Below are positions 50,895-64,000 of a stretch of 64,000 nucleotides of DNA, one piece after another. Under the pieces are notes generated by a model, which was not told the DNA's origin, did not search any database, and saw nothing but the letters and a program-made list of their open reading frames with translations. The stretch lies in assembly GCA_038087875.1 (NCBI GenBank), contig CM075991.1, forward strand, positions 5,766,001 to 5,830,000. Reading direction: 5' to 3'. The position numbers and the translations under genes were made by a program. How positions within the stretch are numbered: the first letter of the stretch is position 1; each line of letters starts with the position of its first letter. This DNA is from Malacoraja senta (lineage: Eukaryota).

Positions 50895-53800
50895 TACTTC
50901 GCAGTCACGTGAGTGACTACGTGAAGAACCCGCCAGCCCGCAGGCGCGTATTACGTCTAACGCATGGCGCAGCGACTAAGTTTAAAGACCTCCAGGTAAG
51001 TTCTCGAACTTAGCTTGCGGTTGTTTATCTTCGTTCTTATTACAGGTTAAGAACGAACAACTATGGACAAGGCGGGGGTGAAGTCCAGACGGGCCGCGAG
51101 AAAAACTGCTACGGAAGACCGCGGCAGTGCGATTAGCGGGCGGCCGTCGGTTTCACCATCACGGTCACTGACAGCACAGCCAGCGATTTCGGACGCGGTG
51201 CCCGTAGAAAGCACCTTGGCTACCCAGAGAGTTGGCAAGTCAAAAAATAGTCCGACAGACCGGTTGACTCGCACGAGCCCAGTCGGGAGGGTTCGCCTCC
51301 TTCAGCAGGGAACGTCCTCGGACATCTTTCCCGTATGGAGCATCTAATGGAGGAGATGCTCCAATATGATATACTCTTTGGACGGGATTCATGTCAGCGC
51401 GGGTCTCTAGCGCCCGCGGCTGCGCCTGGTGCAGGGCTGCATTGTATCTCCCTATCTAAGGAAGGGAGTGTAGGTCATCAGTCCTGGGTTGGCTCACACT
51501 ACAGTGGTATGTCGAGGGAACGCTACAAGACACAAGATCTGCGTGAAGCAGAGATACCCACTATGGTGTCGACATTTGCATTGCCGGCGCAAATCGACGA
51601 GCCACTGGACGAATAACTAGCGGCCTGCATCAATTACCTGGCTTCTCACCAGCTACGGGAAGAGGTAATGATGGAGACGGCCACGAAATACCACACACCC
51701 AGCAACCGCGCTTCGCTAAGAGTTCTGGCCGTAAATAGCTCCATTTGTAGTTACATGGGTGGAGGCATAAAGATTCAGGAGGTTAAACTCCAAAGGATCC
51801 TGAGCCTTCTGGCATCCGGGGTCAAGGCCTTCGCCAGGTCAATGGACGGGAGCTCCCTGTCTGAGGTTCAACCGGACGCATTGGCACTGATGTGCAATGC
51901 ACATTTTCAGATAAATTGCTTTTGCAAGAATGCCATTCGTCCTGTCCTCAATCCCAAGTTTGCTGGTTTATGCAGGTCGAGCAATGTGCAGCCGGCCAAT
52001 TATTTATTTGGGGAAGACCTGTCCAAACAAGTCAAGGACCTGTAATCTACCAGCAACAGATGGTCTACAGGAGCCAGTACCAGCTCAAGGACCGAAAGAA
52101 CCAGCCAAAGGTCTTTTATAGGACAAGGTTCAGGCCGGCCGACATCGATGATGCGCAGTTGGCGCACTCCAGTACCCTTACCCCTCAAACATCGAGGGCG
52201 GATATAAACATCGCAGATCCATCAATATCCATGGAGGTAGGTGGGTCTGGTTCTCTATGGAACATGCGGTGTGTGGGTCAATCACAAGTTGGTGGGAGAT
52301 TACGTTTCTTTTTGAATGAATGGCGTTCGATAACATCGGATATGTTCATACTGCACAGTATAGATGATTTCCAAATTGAATTTTCTGATTCACTTCCACC
52401 CACACAGCATACTCCAAACCGTACTTTGGTCCTTCACAACAAGACGGTTTGGATGTACAAATTGAAATTCAATCATTATATCCAAAAGTGTAATTGAGAA
52501 GTCGAATCATGAATCTCACCAATTTGTGTCCAATATATTTACAAAACAAAAGAAAGATGGGGGATGCCGAGTCATCCTGGACTTGACCCGACTCAGCACC
52601 TTTGTGCAGTACAGACATTATAAAATGGAAAATGTTGTTACTGCCAAACAATTGATTTCCAAAGGATGTTATATGGCATGCATCGATCTTAAAGATGCAT
52701 ACTATTCGGTGCCTATTCATAAGGATCACCGGAAATACTTAAAATTCAACTGGATGGGGCAGCTTCGGCAGTTTAAAGCATTGCCTAATAGGTTAACTTC
52801 AGCTCCCAGATTATTCACGAAATTATTAAAACCAGTTCTTGCTTTTTTAAGAGCTCAAAAACACATAGTAATGGCGTACTTGGACGATATCCTTATTATA
52901 GGCAAGACTCTGGAATTGTTTTTTTCAGCGGTCTGAGCCACCAAGCTCTTATTTGAGCGATTGGGATTTCTCATCCATCCAGTTAAATCCAAGTTGACAC
53001 CATCCAAAGTTATGGAATATTTGGGATTCACTATTAACTCTGTTCATATGTCTGCAACTCTGCCTTGAAGCAAGATATTGGAGTTAATAGAGTGCTGTAA
53101 TTACCTCTTAACGAAGCAGCAGCCTTCCATCCGACAAGTGGCCAGTTTAATTGGAAAATTAAATAATTGTATAAGGGGTAAGAGTGTTGTAAAAACAAGC
53201 CTGAAGGCGTTGTGTCTCAATGCAAGGAGTATTTGTAATAAGGTGGATGATTTGAATGTGCTGATAGATATTAATGACTATGATATAGTTGGGATCACGG
53301 AGACATGGCTCCAGGGTAACCAAGGCTGGGAGCTGAACATCCAGGGATATTCAATATTCAGGAGGGATAGACAGATAGGAAAAGGAGGTGGGGTAGCATT
53401 GATGGTTAGAGAGCAGATTTACGCAATAGAAAGGAAGAACATTAGCTTGGAGGATGTGGAATCGATATGGGTAGAGCTGCGAAACACTAAGGGGCAGAAA
53501 ATGCTAGTGGGAGTTGTGTACAGGCCACCTAACGGTAGTAGTGGAGTTGGGGATGGCATCAAACAGGAAATTAGAAATGCGTGCAACAAAGGTAAAACAG
53601 TTATAACGGGTGACTTAAATCTACATATAGATTGGGTGAATCAAATTGGCAAGGGTGATGAGAAAGAGGATTTCTTGGAATGTATGCGGGATAGTTTTCT
53701 AATCCAACATGTAGTGGAACCAACGAGAGAGCAGGCTATTCTAGATTGGGTATTGAGTAATGAGGAAGGGTTAGTTAGCAGTCTTGTTGTGCGTGGCCCC

Positions 53801-56800
53801 TTGGGCAAGAGTGACCACAATATGGTTGAGTTCTTCATTAGGATGGAGAGTGATATTGTTAATACAGAAACAAGGGTCCTGAACTTAAAGAAAGGTAACT
53901 CTGAGTGTATGAGAAGTGAGTTGGCCAAGATAGACTGGCAATTGATTCTTAATGGGTTGACGGTAGATATGCAATGAAAGGCATTTAAAGACCGTATGGA
54001 TGACCTAAACAATTGTTCATCCCAGTTTGGCAAAAAAATAAATCTGGGAAGGTAGTGCATCCATGGATAACAAGGGAAATCAGGGATAGTTTCAAAACAA
54101 AAGATGAAGCGTACAAATTAGCCAGAAAAAGCAGCCTTCCTGAGGACGGGGAGAAATTCAGAGTCCAGCAGAGGAGGAGAAATGGCTTAGTTAGGAAAGG
54201 GAAAATAGGTTATGAAAGAAAACTGGCAGGGAACATAAAAACTGACTGCAAAAGCGTTTATAGATATGTGAAGAGAAAAAGATTAGTTATAACAAATGTA
54301 GGTCCCTTGCAGTTAGAAACAGGTGAATTGATCATGGGGAACAAGGACATGGCAGACCAATTGAATAACTACTTTGGTTCTGTCTTCACTAAGGAAGACA
54401 TAAATAATCTGCCGGAAATAGCAGGTGACCGGTGGTCAAATGAGATGGAGGAACTGAGTGAAATCCAGGTTAGCCAAGAAGTGGTGTTAGGGAAATTGAA
54501 TGGATTAAAGGCCGATAAATCCCCAGGGCCGGATAGGCTGCATCCCAGAGTAGTTAAGGAAGTAGCCCCAGAAATAGTGGATGCATTAGTGATAATTTTT
54601 CAAAACTCTTTAGATTCTGGAGTAGTTCCTGAGGATTGGAGGGTAGTTAATGTAACCCCACTTTTTTAAAAGGGAGAGAGAAAACGGGGAATTACAGACC
54701 AGTTAGTCTAACGTCGGTAGTGGGGAAACTGCTAGAATCAGTTATTAAAGATTGGGTAGCAGCACATTTGGAAAGTGGTGAAATCATTGGACAAAGTCAG
54801 CATGGATATATGAAAGGTAAATCATGTCTGACGAACCTTATAGAATTTTTCGAGGATGTAACTAGTAGAAAGGATAAGGGAGAACCAGTGGATGTGATAT
54901 ATCTGGACTTTCAGAAGGCTTTCCACAAGGTCCCACATAAGAGATTAGTATACAAAGTTAAAGCACACGGTATTGGGGGTTCAGTATTGATGTGGGTAGA
55001 GACTTGGCTGGCAGACAGGAAGCAAAGAGTAGGAGTAAACGGGTCCTTTTCACAATGGCAGGCAGTGACTAGTAGGGTACCGCAAGGCTCCGTGCTGGGA
55101 CGCCAGCTATTTACGATATATATTAATGATTTGGACGAGGGAATTGAATGCAACATCTCCAAGTTTGCGTATGACACGAAGCTGGGGGGCAGTGTTAGCT
55201 GTGAGAAGGATGCTCGGAGGCTGCAAGGTGACTTGGATAGGCTTGGTGAGTGGGCAAATGCATGGCAGATGCAGTATAATGTGGATAAATGTGAGGTTAT
55301 CCACTTTGGTGGCAAAAACTGGAAAGTAGACTATTATCTGAATGGTGGCCGATTAGGAAACGGGGAGATGCAACGAGACCTAGGTGTCATGGTACACAAG
55401 TCATTAAAAGTAGGCATGCAGGTGCAGCAGGCAGTGAAGAAGGCGAATGGTATGTTAGCATTCATAGCAAAAGGATTTGAGTATAGGAGCAGGGAGGTTC
55501 TACTGCAGTTGCACAGGGTCTTGTTGAGACCACATCTGGAATATTGCGTACAGTTTTGGTCTCCTAATCTGAGGAAAGATATTCTTGACATAGAGAGAGT
55601 ACAGAGAAGGTTCACCAGACTAATTCCTGGGATGTCAGGACTTTCATATGAAGAAAGACTGGATAGACTCGGTTTGTACTCGCTAGAATTTAGAAGATTA
55701 AGGGGCGATCTTATAGAAACGTACAACATTTTTAAGGGGTTGGACAGGCTAGATGCAGGAAGATTGTTCCCGATGTTGGGGAAGTCCAGAACAAGGGGTC
55801 ACAGTTTAAGGATAAGGGGGAAATCTTTTAGAACCGAGATGAGGAAAACATTTTTCACACAGAGAGTGGTGAATCTCTGGAATTCTCTGCCACAGAAGAT
55901 AGTTGAGGCCAGTTCATTCGCTATATTTAAGAGGGAGTACGGTGTGGCCCTTGTGGCTAAAGGGACCAGGGGGTATGGAGAGAAAGCAGGTACAGGATAC
56001 TGAGTTGGATGATCAGCCATGATCATATCGAATGGCGGTGCAGGCTCGAAGGGCCGAATGGCCTACTCCTGCACATATTTTCTATGTTTCTATGTTTCTA
56101 AATTAGTGGCTGCTTTCCCAGCTGTACAATTTGGACCTTTGTATTATCAACAATTACAATGAGAAATGGTGCAGGCACTCAAACATCATTTAGGTCACTT
56201 TGACAGGCCCATGCAATTGACGGCTGAAGCCATTTCTGAATTACAGTGGTAGAAGTCCAATATTCAGCATTGCTCTAGCAATATTTCGGTTGATAGTCGA
56301 CCAGTTATTTTACAAACGGATGCCAGTGCTCTGGGATGGGGCGCTACTGACACCATCTCTAGCTGCGGTGGCAGATGGAACATGCATGAGCTATCATTAT
56401 TTCAGTTACATGGTGTTAATTATTTGGAGTTACTGGCAGCTCTCTGTGGATTGAGGGCTTATTGCGGGTATATGCACATCTGCATGTTCGATTACAGATT
56501 GATAACACCACAGCGGTGGCATACATAAATCACATGGGTGGAATCAAGTCAGTATCCTGTGATAAATTGGCTAACCGCATTTGGCACTGGTGCATTGCAA
56601 GATATATTTGGGTTTCAGCTACCCACCTGCCAGGTAGGTTTAATACGGTGGCGGACAGTAGGTCATGCAAATTCAATGACAACACCGAATGGATGTTGAA
56701 TCATAGGGTGTTTAAGGATATTATTTCTAAATATGGAACACAGGATATAACTTTGTTTGCATCCAGGCTAAATCATCCGTTACTGAAGTATGTTGCATGG

Positions 56801-56832
56801 GAACCAGACCCAGGGGCTGTAGCGGTAGATGC
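50895..56832 (+). mobile_element. DIRS-type retrotransposon (copy B, with longer gag-like region)
   Basis: Duplicate of 4554-9965, plus 517 bp and 10 bp that are missing from copy A. Confidence 0.9.
53162..56099 (+). mobile_element. CR1 LINE nested in DIRS (copy B)
   Basis: TSD aaatta. RT ORF 54720-56003 is open (G6 run versus G7 in copy A) but still reads FAYD. Confidence 0.95.
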
Positions 56833-57944
56833 AATCCAAACCACTTTTGTCTCATCTGCAAACTTTCTAATCTTGCCATGTACATTCTCATACTGTAATG
56901 TATATACATGCGAAACAGAAATGGGCCAAGCATAGCACTCTGAGGCACACCACGGGCCTCCAGTCCGAGAAACAACCTTCCACTATTACCCTCTGTTTCC
57001 TTCCATGAAGCCAATTGTCTATACATCCGGTTATTTTTCCTTGAATCCCATGCGATCTAACCTTCCAAAGCAGCTTATCATGTGGAACTTTATCAAATGT
57101 TTTGCTGAAGTCCAAATACACTGTATACAACATCTGCAGCTCTGCCCTCGTCAACATTTTTGGTCGCATCTTAAAATATGAATATTTCCTATCCTGTGTA
57201 ACCTATCCCTCAGAATGCTCTCTAGTAACTTTGCAACTGCAGATGTTAAGTTCACTGGCATGTAGTTCCCAGAATTTTCCATCTTTCCTTTCTTGAGAGC
57301 TAAACTCCCCACGTGATTTCTTTTAACAGCCGCTCCGTATTCCTCACAAGTGATTCCAATATCTGCTTGGATGTGTTGATATCATTGGAAGTCAGGAAAT
57401 GCATCCATTGGTTAATTAGCATCGTCAGTGACTGTTGATCCTACGAATAATAACTTCCGAGTGGCAAGATGGTGGCGTGAATCATTCCTTTCAAGGAAGA
57501 CGTATGTCGAACGTTACTTCCCAAACTAAGATCCTTATTGCTTGATTTGACTAAATCACACTGTGCAACTAATGTTATTAATGTTACATATTTGAAGTTC
57601 ATTGTTCAGGTTAGAAATAATATTGTTCGCAGGAATAATTACATTTAAGAAACCTTTAACCTTGTGTCACAGAAATAGAGTTTTCAACATTCCCTTTTAT
57701 AAAATGTGACAAAAACATTAAAATTAACAGTTCGTGTAATCCCTCGAAGACAGAAATTCCTTGCGCAATGGAAAAAAACAGTTACGGTTGATGTTTGTTA
57801 AGTGGGCTGAGGGTGATGTGCCAGAGGTCACGCTAATTGTCTCAGAGTAATGTCCTCTTTTGTATAAATCTGTGCTAAATCAATCACCACTACAGATGGA
57901 CAGTTGGAAAGTTATGTGTGATTGTTCGCTGCTTCACATGGAAG

Positions 57945-59904
57945 ATGGAATATCCAGCAATTTACTGTATAGCCGCCACTTTCTACCCTGTACTTGTGGC
58001 GGTCAGTATTCCTGGTAAGATACTGGGACCAGTACGTTTAGTTTTGTACAGAAAAACTGCGCGGAAAGAGGCCCTTCGATCAACCGAGTCCGCGCCAACC
58101 AGCAATCCCCGCACACTGACGGCACACGCTACGGACAATTTTCAATTGTACCAACCCAATCAGCCTACAAACCTGTGCATCTTTGGAGTGTGGGCGGATA
58201 CCGGAGATCCCGGAGAAAACCCAATAAGATCGCGGGGAGAATGTACAAACTCCGTGCAGGATCAAACCCGGGTGGTTGGCGCTGTCAGGCAGCACATTTA
58301 ATGCTGCGCACCGTGCCGTACTGCGTGCAGTTCTCCTTCCTTTCTGTATCTGCTGCTCTGAAGTATAGTCGCTTTGATACCCAGCCCACATGCTACCTCA
58401 GCTGACGAGTGTCTTCGGAAGGTTCAGGCTTCAGAGTCTGTTTTATTTCTGGCATTTTTTTCTTGTTAATGTGTGGTTCTTTTGTCAATCAGGTCAGTTA
58501 ATTTAGAGCTTATGTTTACATTTTTTCAGCATGTAACCGTATTCATATTGTTTCTGGCGCATATTCTTCAAGCTCTGGGTCTGATTAATACAGACTTTTC
58601 CACCAAGAGTCAGCGAATGAGACATGTATACATGTCTGTCAACATGCCTGTTGAATTATCACAACTAGCTGAAAAACCTTCCGGGTTTTCGTTCTCTGAT
58701 TCATTTGCCAGTTTTGATTTTAGGGCTGTGTTTCCACTTGCTGGGTCTGATATGCCTGAGGAGGCAGTTCTCCCTGAGTTTAATGCTCTGTGATACGAGT
58801 TCATTTCGATTGACGCAACGACTCGAAATGACTGAGGTGATCAGTGCATCGTAGACATTAGGAGGCCGGCTGTAAATTGCTGCAAATTACCGACACATCT
58901 GCCCCTTCGATCAGCACCGCTCTAAGTATTTCTCCGAACGGAAATTTAGTAAACTGGATCAGGTTTTGGCTCATTGAAACTAACGTTTTATTTTGTTTCT
59001 TGCAGTTAATTTAACGGCGATTGTGATCCTCTCCCGGGGAAAATATGGTCTCTCCAAATGCATCACCCGTTACCAAGTGGGAATGGCAACAGCGGATCTA
59101 ATGGTAGTTGTCATTGTTGCTGCCATTGAACAAGTTAATAACATATACGTTTACGCTAGTTCCTTGCTCATTACACCGGTTTGCGCTCTGACACTAATAC
59201 TAAGGGTTGTAACAATCGACTGTTCCATTTGGTTCACCGTCAGTTTCACTTGTGATCGTATTATGGCGATCTGTTGTCAAAAGCCACGTGAGCGCTACAG
59301 CACCGAGAGAGCAGCGTGTGTGATTATGGTGACTGTGGCTGTCGTGAGCTGCGCCCGATCGTTTCCCTTTTACTTTGCCGTGGAGCCTTCTGTCATAATT
59401 GACAATGTGCCTTGGCGTTGCGTCTTCTCAGAGGAGTACGCCACTTTGTCGGTATGGAAAGGTTATGATTTACTTGACAGCATCTTAGCACCGTTGTTAC
59501 TTATCGGTTTAATCCTGTTGTTCAATGGGTTAACTTCCAGACATATCATAGCGGCCAATAGAGTTCGCAGACGACTTCGGAACAGCCATGAGAACCAGAA
59601 GGATACAGAGGTGGAGAACCGGAGGAAATCGATGATTTTGTTCTTCGCTGTAGCAGGCAATTTCATATTATTTTCGATACCCAATGTGGTTCATTCTCTG
59701 ACATGGTAAACACGTAATTTCTTTTACACGGATAGATATTTGAGCAGCTCGGTATATATCCTGCAGCAGTTTGGATTTATGTTGCAGATTGTCAGTATGT
59801 GCACAAACACGTGTATCTATACACTGACACAGAGGAAATTCAGGGACCAGCTGAAGAGTGGAGTGAAATATCTACTCACATTGAATGGCCAATTATGTAG
59901 TTGA
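57945..59904 (+). pseudogene. GPR139-like GPCR pseudogene, copy B (exons 57945-58014, 59006-59904)
   Basis: Same TAA at 59707-59709. Additional changes DRF to DRI and KLR to KPR. Confidence 0.88.
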
Positions 59905-60128
59905 CGTGTAACTCTGATAGCAACTTGGATGAAATTTCAAATAAATGTATTTTACAATTCGTACCTTCGGTAAAATACCATAAAGTCAATGCAGGCGTGC
60001 GCTTGACAACCGAGAATCGGTATACTCACGTCACGATATTGGTCACGTTTGGAAAGTGTGGACACATTCTACGTGTTGCAGTTGTGATGTTGCATTGGTG
60101 GAATTATATTCCAAACCACTGGATCTTT

Positions 60129-63100
60129 CTTAAATATTTTATTTTATTAGAAGTAAGTACCAAAGTGCCTAATATATATTTGCATAATACATTTTATGTA
60201 CATCTTCTTATTTTTTAAAATTATAATAAAGAAGAACAAGAAAAAGAAATTAGATAATAAAGAATAGAAAAACGTGAGATATATAGTGCCTGAAAAAGAA
60301 TAAAATGAAAATGCAAGAAGAAAGTTGAAGAAAAGAGAATAGGAAAAAGAGAGTAAAAAATACAAATAAAAAAGAAATAAGGAGATCATTATTTATAATC
60401 TTGACCATCCCTCACCCAGTCCTGAAAAAGTTCGTTTCTACAATTATGTTGCACCATATGATTCCAAAAAGACGACAAATGGAGACCAACTCGTTAAGAA
60501 TTGGTCTGATTTTTCTATTAGGAGGAATCGCATTTCTTCAAGATGTGCGGTGTCCAACATGCTTGCGATCCACATTTTAAGCATTGGTATTGGTGTATAT
60601 TTCCAAAATTTAAGTATTCGTTATTTTGCTATTATTAAACCATAATTAAAAAATAAATGTTGAGATAAGTTCAATTTATTCCCATCTTCCATTACTCCAA
60701 ATATAATCATTTCAGTATTAGGTTCCATTCTTATTGTGAATAATTTTGCAAATATATCAAAAAATCACTCCAAAATCTATAAAGTTTTATGCAGGAAACA
60801 AAAGAGTATGTTATAGTTGCGTTTTGAGATAGACATTTATCACAAATGGGGGATATATTTGGATGGAATTTGTTCAAACTTGTTTTTGAATAATATAATC
60901 TATGTAAAATTTTAAATTGAATTAGATTATGTCTTGCATTAATCGAACATTTGTGTATATATATCAAATACTTATCCCATGTAACCTTCGTAATTTTTAT
61001 CATTAATTCCCGTTCCCACTCTTCTCTAAGTACCTTTGTCGATGGTAAATCTATATTTAAAATACTATTATATAAATATGATATTAATTTTTGTGAGTCA
61101 GCTTTAATATTCATTGCTTCTTCCAATAAGTCAGAAGTTACTTTTTGATATCCTTGTATGTATTTCTTCATGAAATCGCAAATCTGAAGATATTTAAAAT
61201 ATTGGTTATTTTTCAATTAAAATTTTAATTGTAATTGTTGGAATGATAATAGATTTCCCATTTCATACATATCCCCGGTCCTTTTAATTCCTAAACTTTC
61301 CCATTGGTTATATATTTTATCAATAAGAGATGGTTTAAATAAAGTGTTTTTCGCTATAGGCGTTAACAATTATAAATTTCTTAATTTTAAGGATAATTTT
61401 ATGTGTTTCCAAATTCTTATTGTATCGTGTATAATTGGGTTCTTCTTATATATTGTGTTGTTCAGTTTTTTCGGAGAGAAGAGGATCGTTCCTATATTAC
61501 AAGGAAAACAATCCTCTTTCGCTATTGTTATCCATTCTGTCTGTTGGGTAGAACTGTCCAACCAATAAATTATATTCTTAATATGCGCTGCCCAAAAATA
61601 ATACAAAAAATTCGGGAGTGAGTATCCCCCGACATCTTTTGGTTTACATAAATGTTTGTTTTAAATTCTATGTGATCTATAATCCCAAATAAAATTGGTA
61701 ATATTAGAGTCAAATTTTTTAAAGAAGTATTTTGGTATATATAATGGTATAGACTGAAATAGGTATAATAATTGTGGTAGAAAGATCATTTTTATAGCAT
61801 TTATTCTACCTATTAATGATAAAGAAAGTGTTTTCCAAAATTTAATCAACATATTGAGTTTATTAGTAAAGGTATAAAATTAGCGTTGAATATTGCTTTA
61901 TATTTTCTCGTAATTTGAACACCCAAATATTTATTTTTTTCTGTTGCAATTTTAAAGGGGAACTTCAGTAAAATTCCTCTATTAAATTTAATAAATTTGG
62001 TATGCTCGTTTGTGACTTTGTAACATATAAAATTATATCATCTGCATATAATGAAATTTTATTATTTGAGTCCCTAGTGTTGTAGCCATGAATATTCGGA
62101 TGAATTCTTATACTTTCAGCCAAAGGCTCTATCATAAGGGCAAATAGCAGGGGTGATAACGCACATCCCTGCGTACTGCCCATTGATAATTGAAAATTTT
62201 AAGATAACATATTATTAGTTAATATTCTTGCCATCGGGTTATCATATAATAGTTTTAACCGTGTAATAAAATTCTCTCCCATATTAATTTTTTGCAGTAC
62301 TTTATATGAGTACTTCCACTCTACCTGATCAAATGCTGTCTCTGCCACCAGAGAAATAATTGATATATCTTCTTCCTCCCTTTTATGCGAGTACATTATG
62401 TTAAACAGGCGTCTCAAATTATTAAATAAGTATCTTTTCTGTATTAACCCCGTTTGATCAGGATTTATCAGTTTACTAATATATTTGCCTAATCTTCTTG
62501 CTAAAGTCTTCTCTAAAATTTTCTGGTCTGTATTTAAAAGTGATATAGCTCTATATGAGCCCGGATCGTCTAAATCTTTATCTTTTTTGGAATAAGCGTA
62601 ATAGTTGATTCTACTAATGTTTCAGGTAGTTTATTTTCTTTAAAAGCATGAGTATATAAATGAAATAAATAAGGAGTCGTTATCTCATGAATTTTTTTAA
62701 TAAAATTCATTACTAAAACCACCTGGTCCCAATCTTTTACCATTTTTCAGCGATTTTATTGTTTCACCTATTTATTCAATTGCAATTTGAGCTCCAAGTT
62801 CCTCTTGTTCCAAAAGGACAAGTTTTGGAAGATTACAGTTATGAAAAAAAAATTGTTTTACTATCTTCTATTTTAGATTTAGATGCATATAAAGTTTTGA
62901 TAAAATTGAGCAAATCTATTGATAATATCTTTAGGTAGTATTAATAATTCACCTTTCTATGATTTAATTTTAGTTATAGTATTTTCCTTTTCTTGTTTTT
63001 TCAATTGACGAGCTAAAAGCTTATGTGGTTTGTCACCAAACTCAAAATGTTCCTGTTGTGTAATTTGGAATAGTCTTATTACTCTTGCTGATAAAATTCG

Positions 63101-64000
63101 ATTAAGTTTAAATTTCAGTAACATTATCTTATTATGTTTATCTGTAGTGGAATCTTTGGCATTATCTAACTCTAACTGTCTAATTTCTTGTTCTAACAGC
63201 ATTTGTTCTGTCTTATTCTTTATATTTTGAAAAATTTGATATGAAATTATAATTCCTCTAATAAATGCCTTTAAAGTTTCCCATAATTAAGAAGGCGAAG
63301 GACCTGGTGTATCATTTGTCGCCAAATAAAAAATAATTTGTTGTTTTAAGTATTGATAACATTGTAAGTCATTTAAAATATGTGTATTAAACCTCCAAAA
63401 AAAGATTTTACCCGACATTCCCTCAAATTTTACTGAAAATGTCAACGGAGAGTGATCAGAAATACTACTAATGTGGTATATTGGATTAATTGTATATGGC
63501 ATTCATTTCATATCCACTAAAAAGTAATCAATTCTTGAATAAGTTTATGTACCGAAGAGTAAAACGTGTATTCCCTTCCTACTGGAGTAGCAGATCTCCA
63601 TACATCTGTTATATTAGTATTTTTTATATATGTATTTAGAAGTTCACTAGTCTTAGATTTTAAATTACTCCTCCTTTGTTTTACTGATTTGTCTAAGTAG
63701 GATCTAACACACAGTTGAAGTCACCCCTATTATCACATTTTGGTAATTAAACTCTAATATGATATCTATAATTTTACCAAACAAATTGGGGGTTGTCAAA
63801 ATTCGGAGCGTAAATATTTATCATAGTTAGTGGGGTTGCATAAATTTCTCCCGAATCTATAATATACCTTCCCTCTTTATCTGATATAGTATTCTTTAAT
63901 TTGAAAGGTATACCTTTTCGAATATGAATAGCCGTACCTCTAGATGTGGAAGTAAATGACGAATAGTATGTTTGACCTATCCACTTCGCCTTTAATCTCA
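60129..64000 (-). mobile_element. Degenerate L1 (copy B, runs off the window)
   Basis: Duplicate of 13892-17776. Confidence 0.88.

Larger units (their letters stand above)
46336..64000 (+). repeat. Segmental duplication, copy B (runs off the window end)
   Basis: 46336 aataagaatgtttaag matches position 1. 64000 ...tttaatctca matches 17776. Confidence 0.97.

Noticed and set aside
54720..56003. Active or domesticated reverse transcriptase
   Set aside because: The catalytic motif reads FAYD, and upstream ORF2 has a stop and frameshifts.

Overview
Eukaryotic, transposon-saturated vertebrate DNA. The repeat complement (HE1/V-SINE-like SINE, CR1 LINEs, Penelope ends) and the GPR139-like genes point to a cartilaginous fish, probably a skate or ray (inference). 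The host genes are a small cluster of two-exon GPR139/GPR142-like class A GPCRs: one intact copy (38064-40021, 322 aa), two nonsense-mutated copies (11708-13667, 57945-59904) and one orphan 3' fragment (about 41008-41232). Bases 1-17776 are repeated almost exactly at 46336-64000 (period about 46.3 kb), and an older inverted copy of 22-3508 lies at about 29255-32285. The rest is nested CR1, L1/Tx1, L2, Gypsy, DIRS, Tc1, Penelope and SINE sequence. The most unusual signal is a fragmented LTR retroelement that I reassembled by hand translation. It reads integrase tail, splice acceptor, an env-like class I fusion protein of paramyxo/pneumovirus-F or baculovirus-F style (furin site, fusion peptide, Trp-rich membrane-proximal region, TM), then PPT and LTR, which suggests a lokiretrovirus-like element. 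Also notable is a copy-specific, perfectly palindromic Penelope insertion carrying two minimal hammerhead ribozyme motifs just upstream of one GPCR copy. All family calls come from motif recognition, not database searches.
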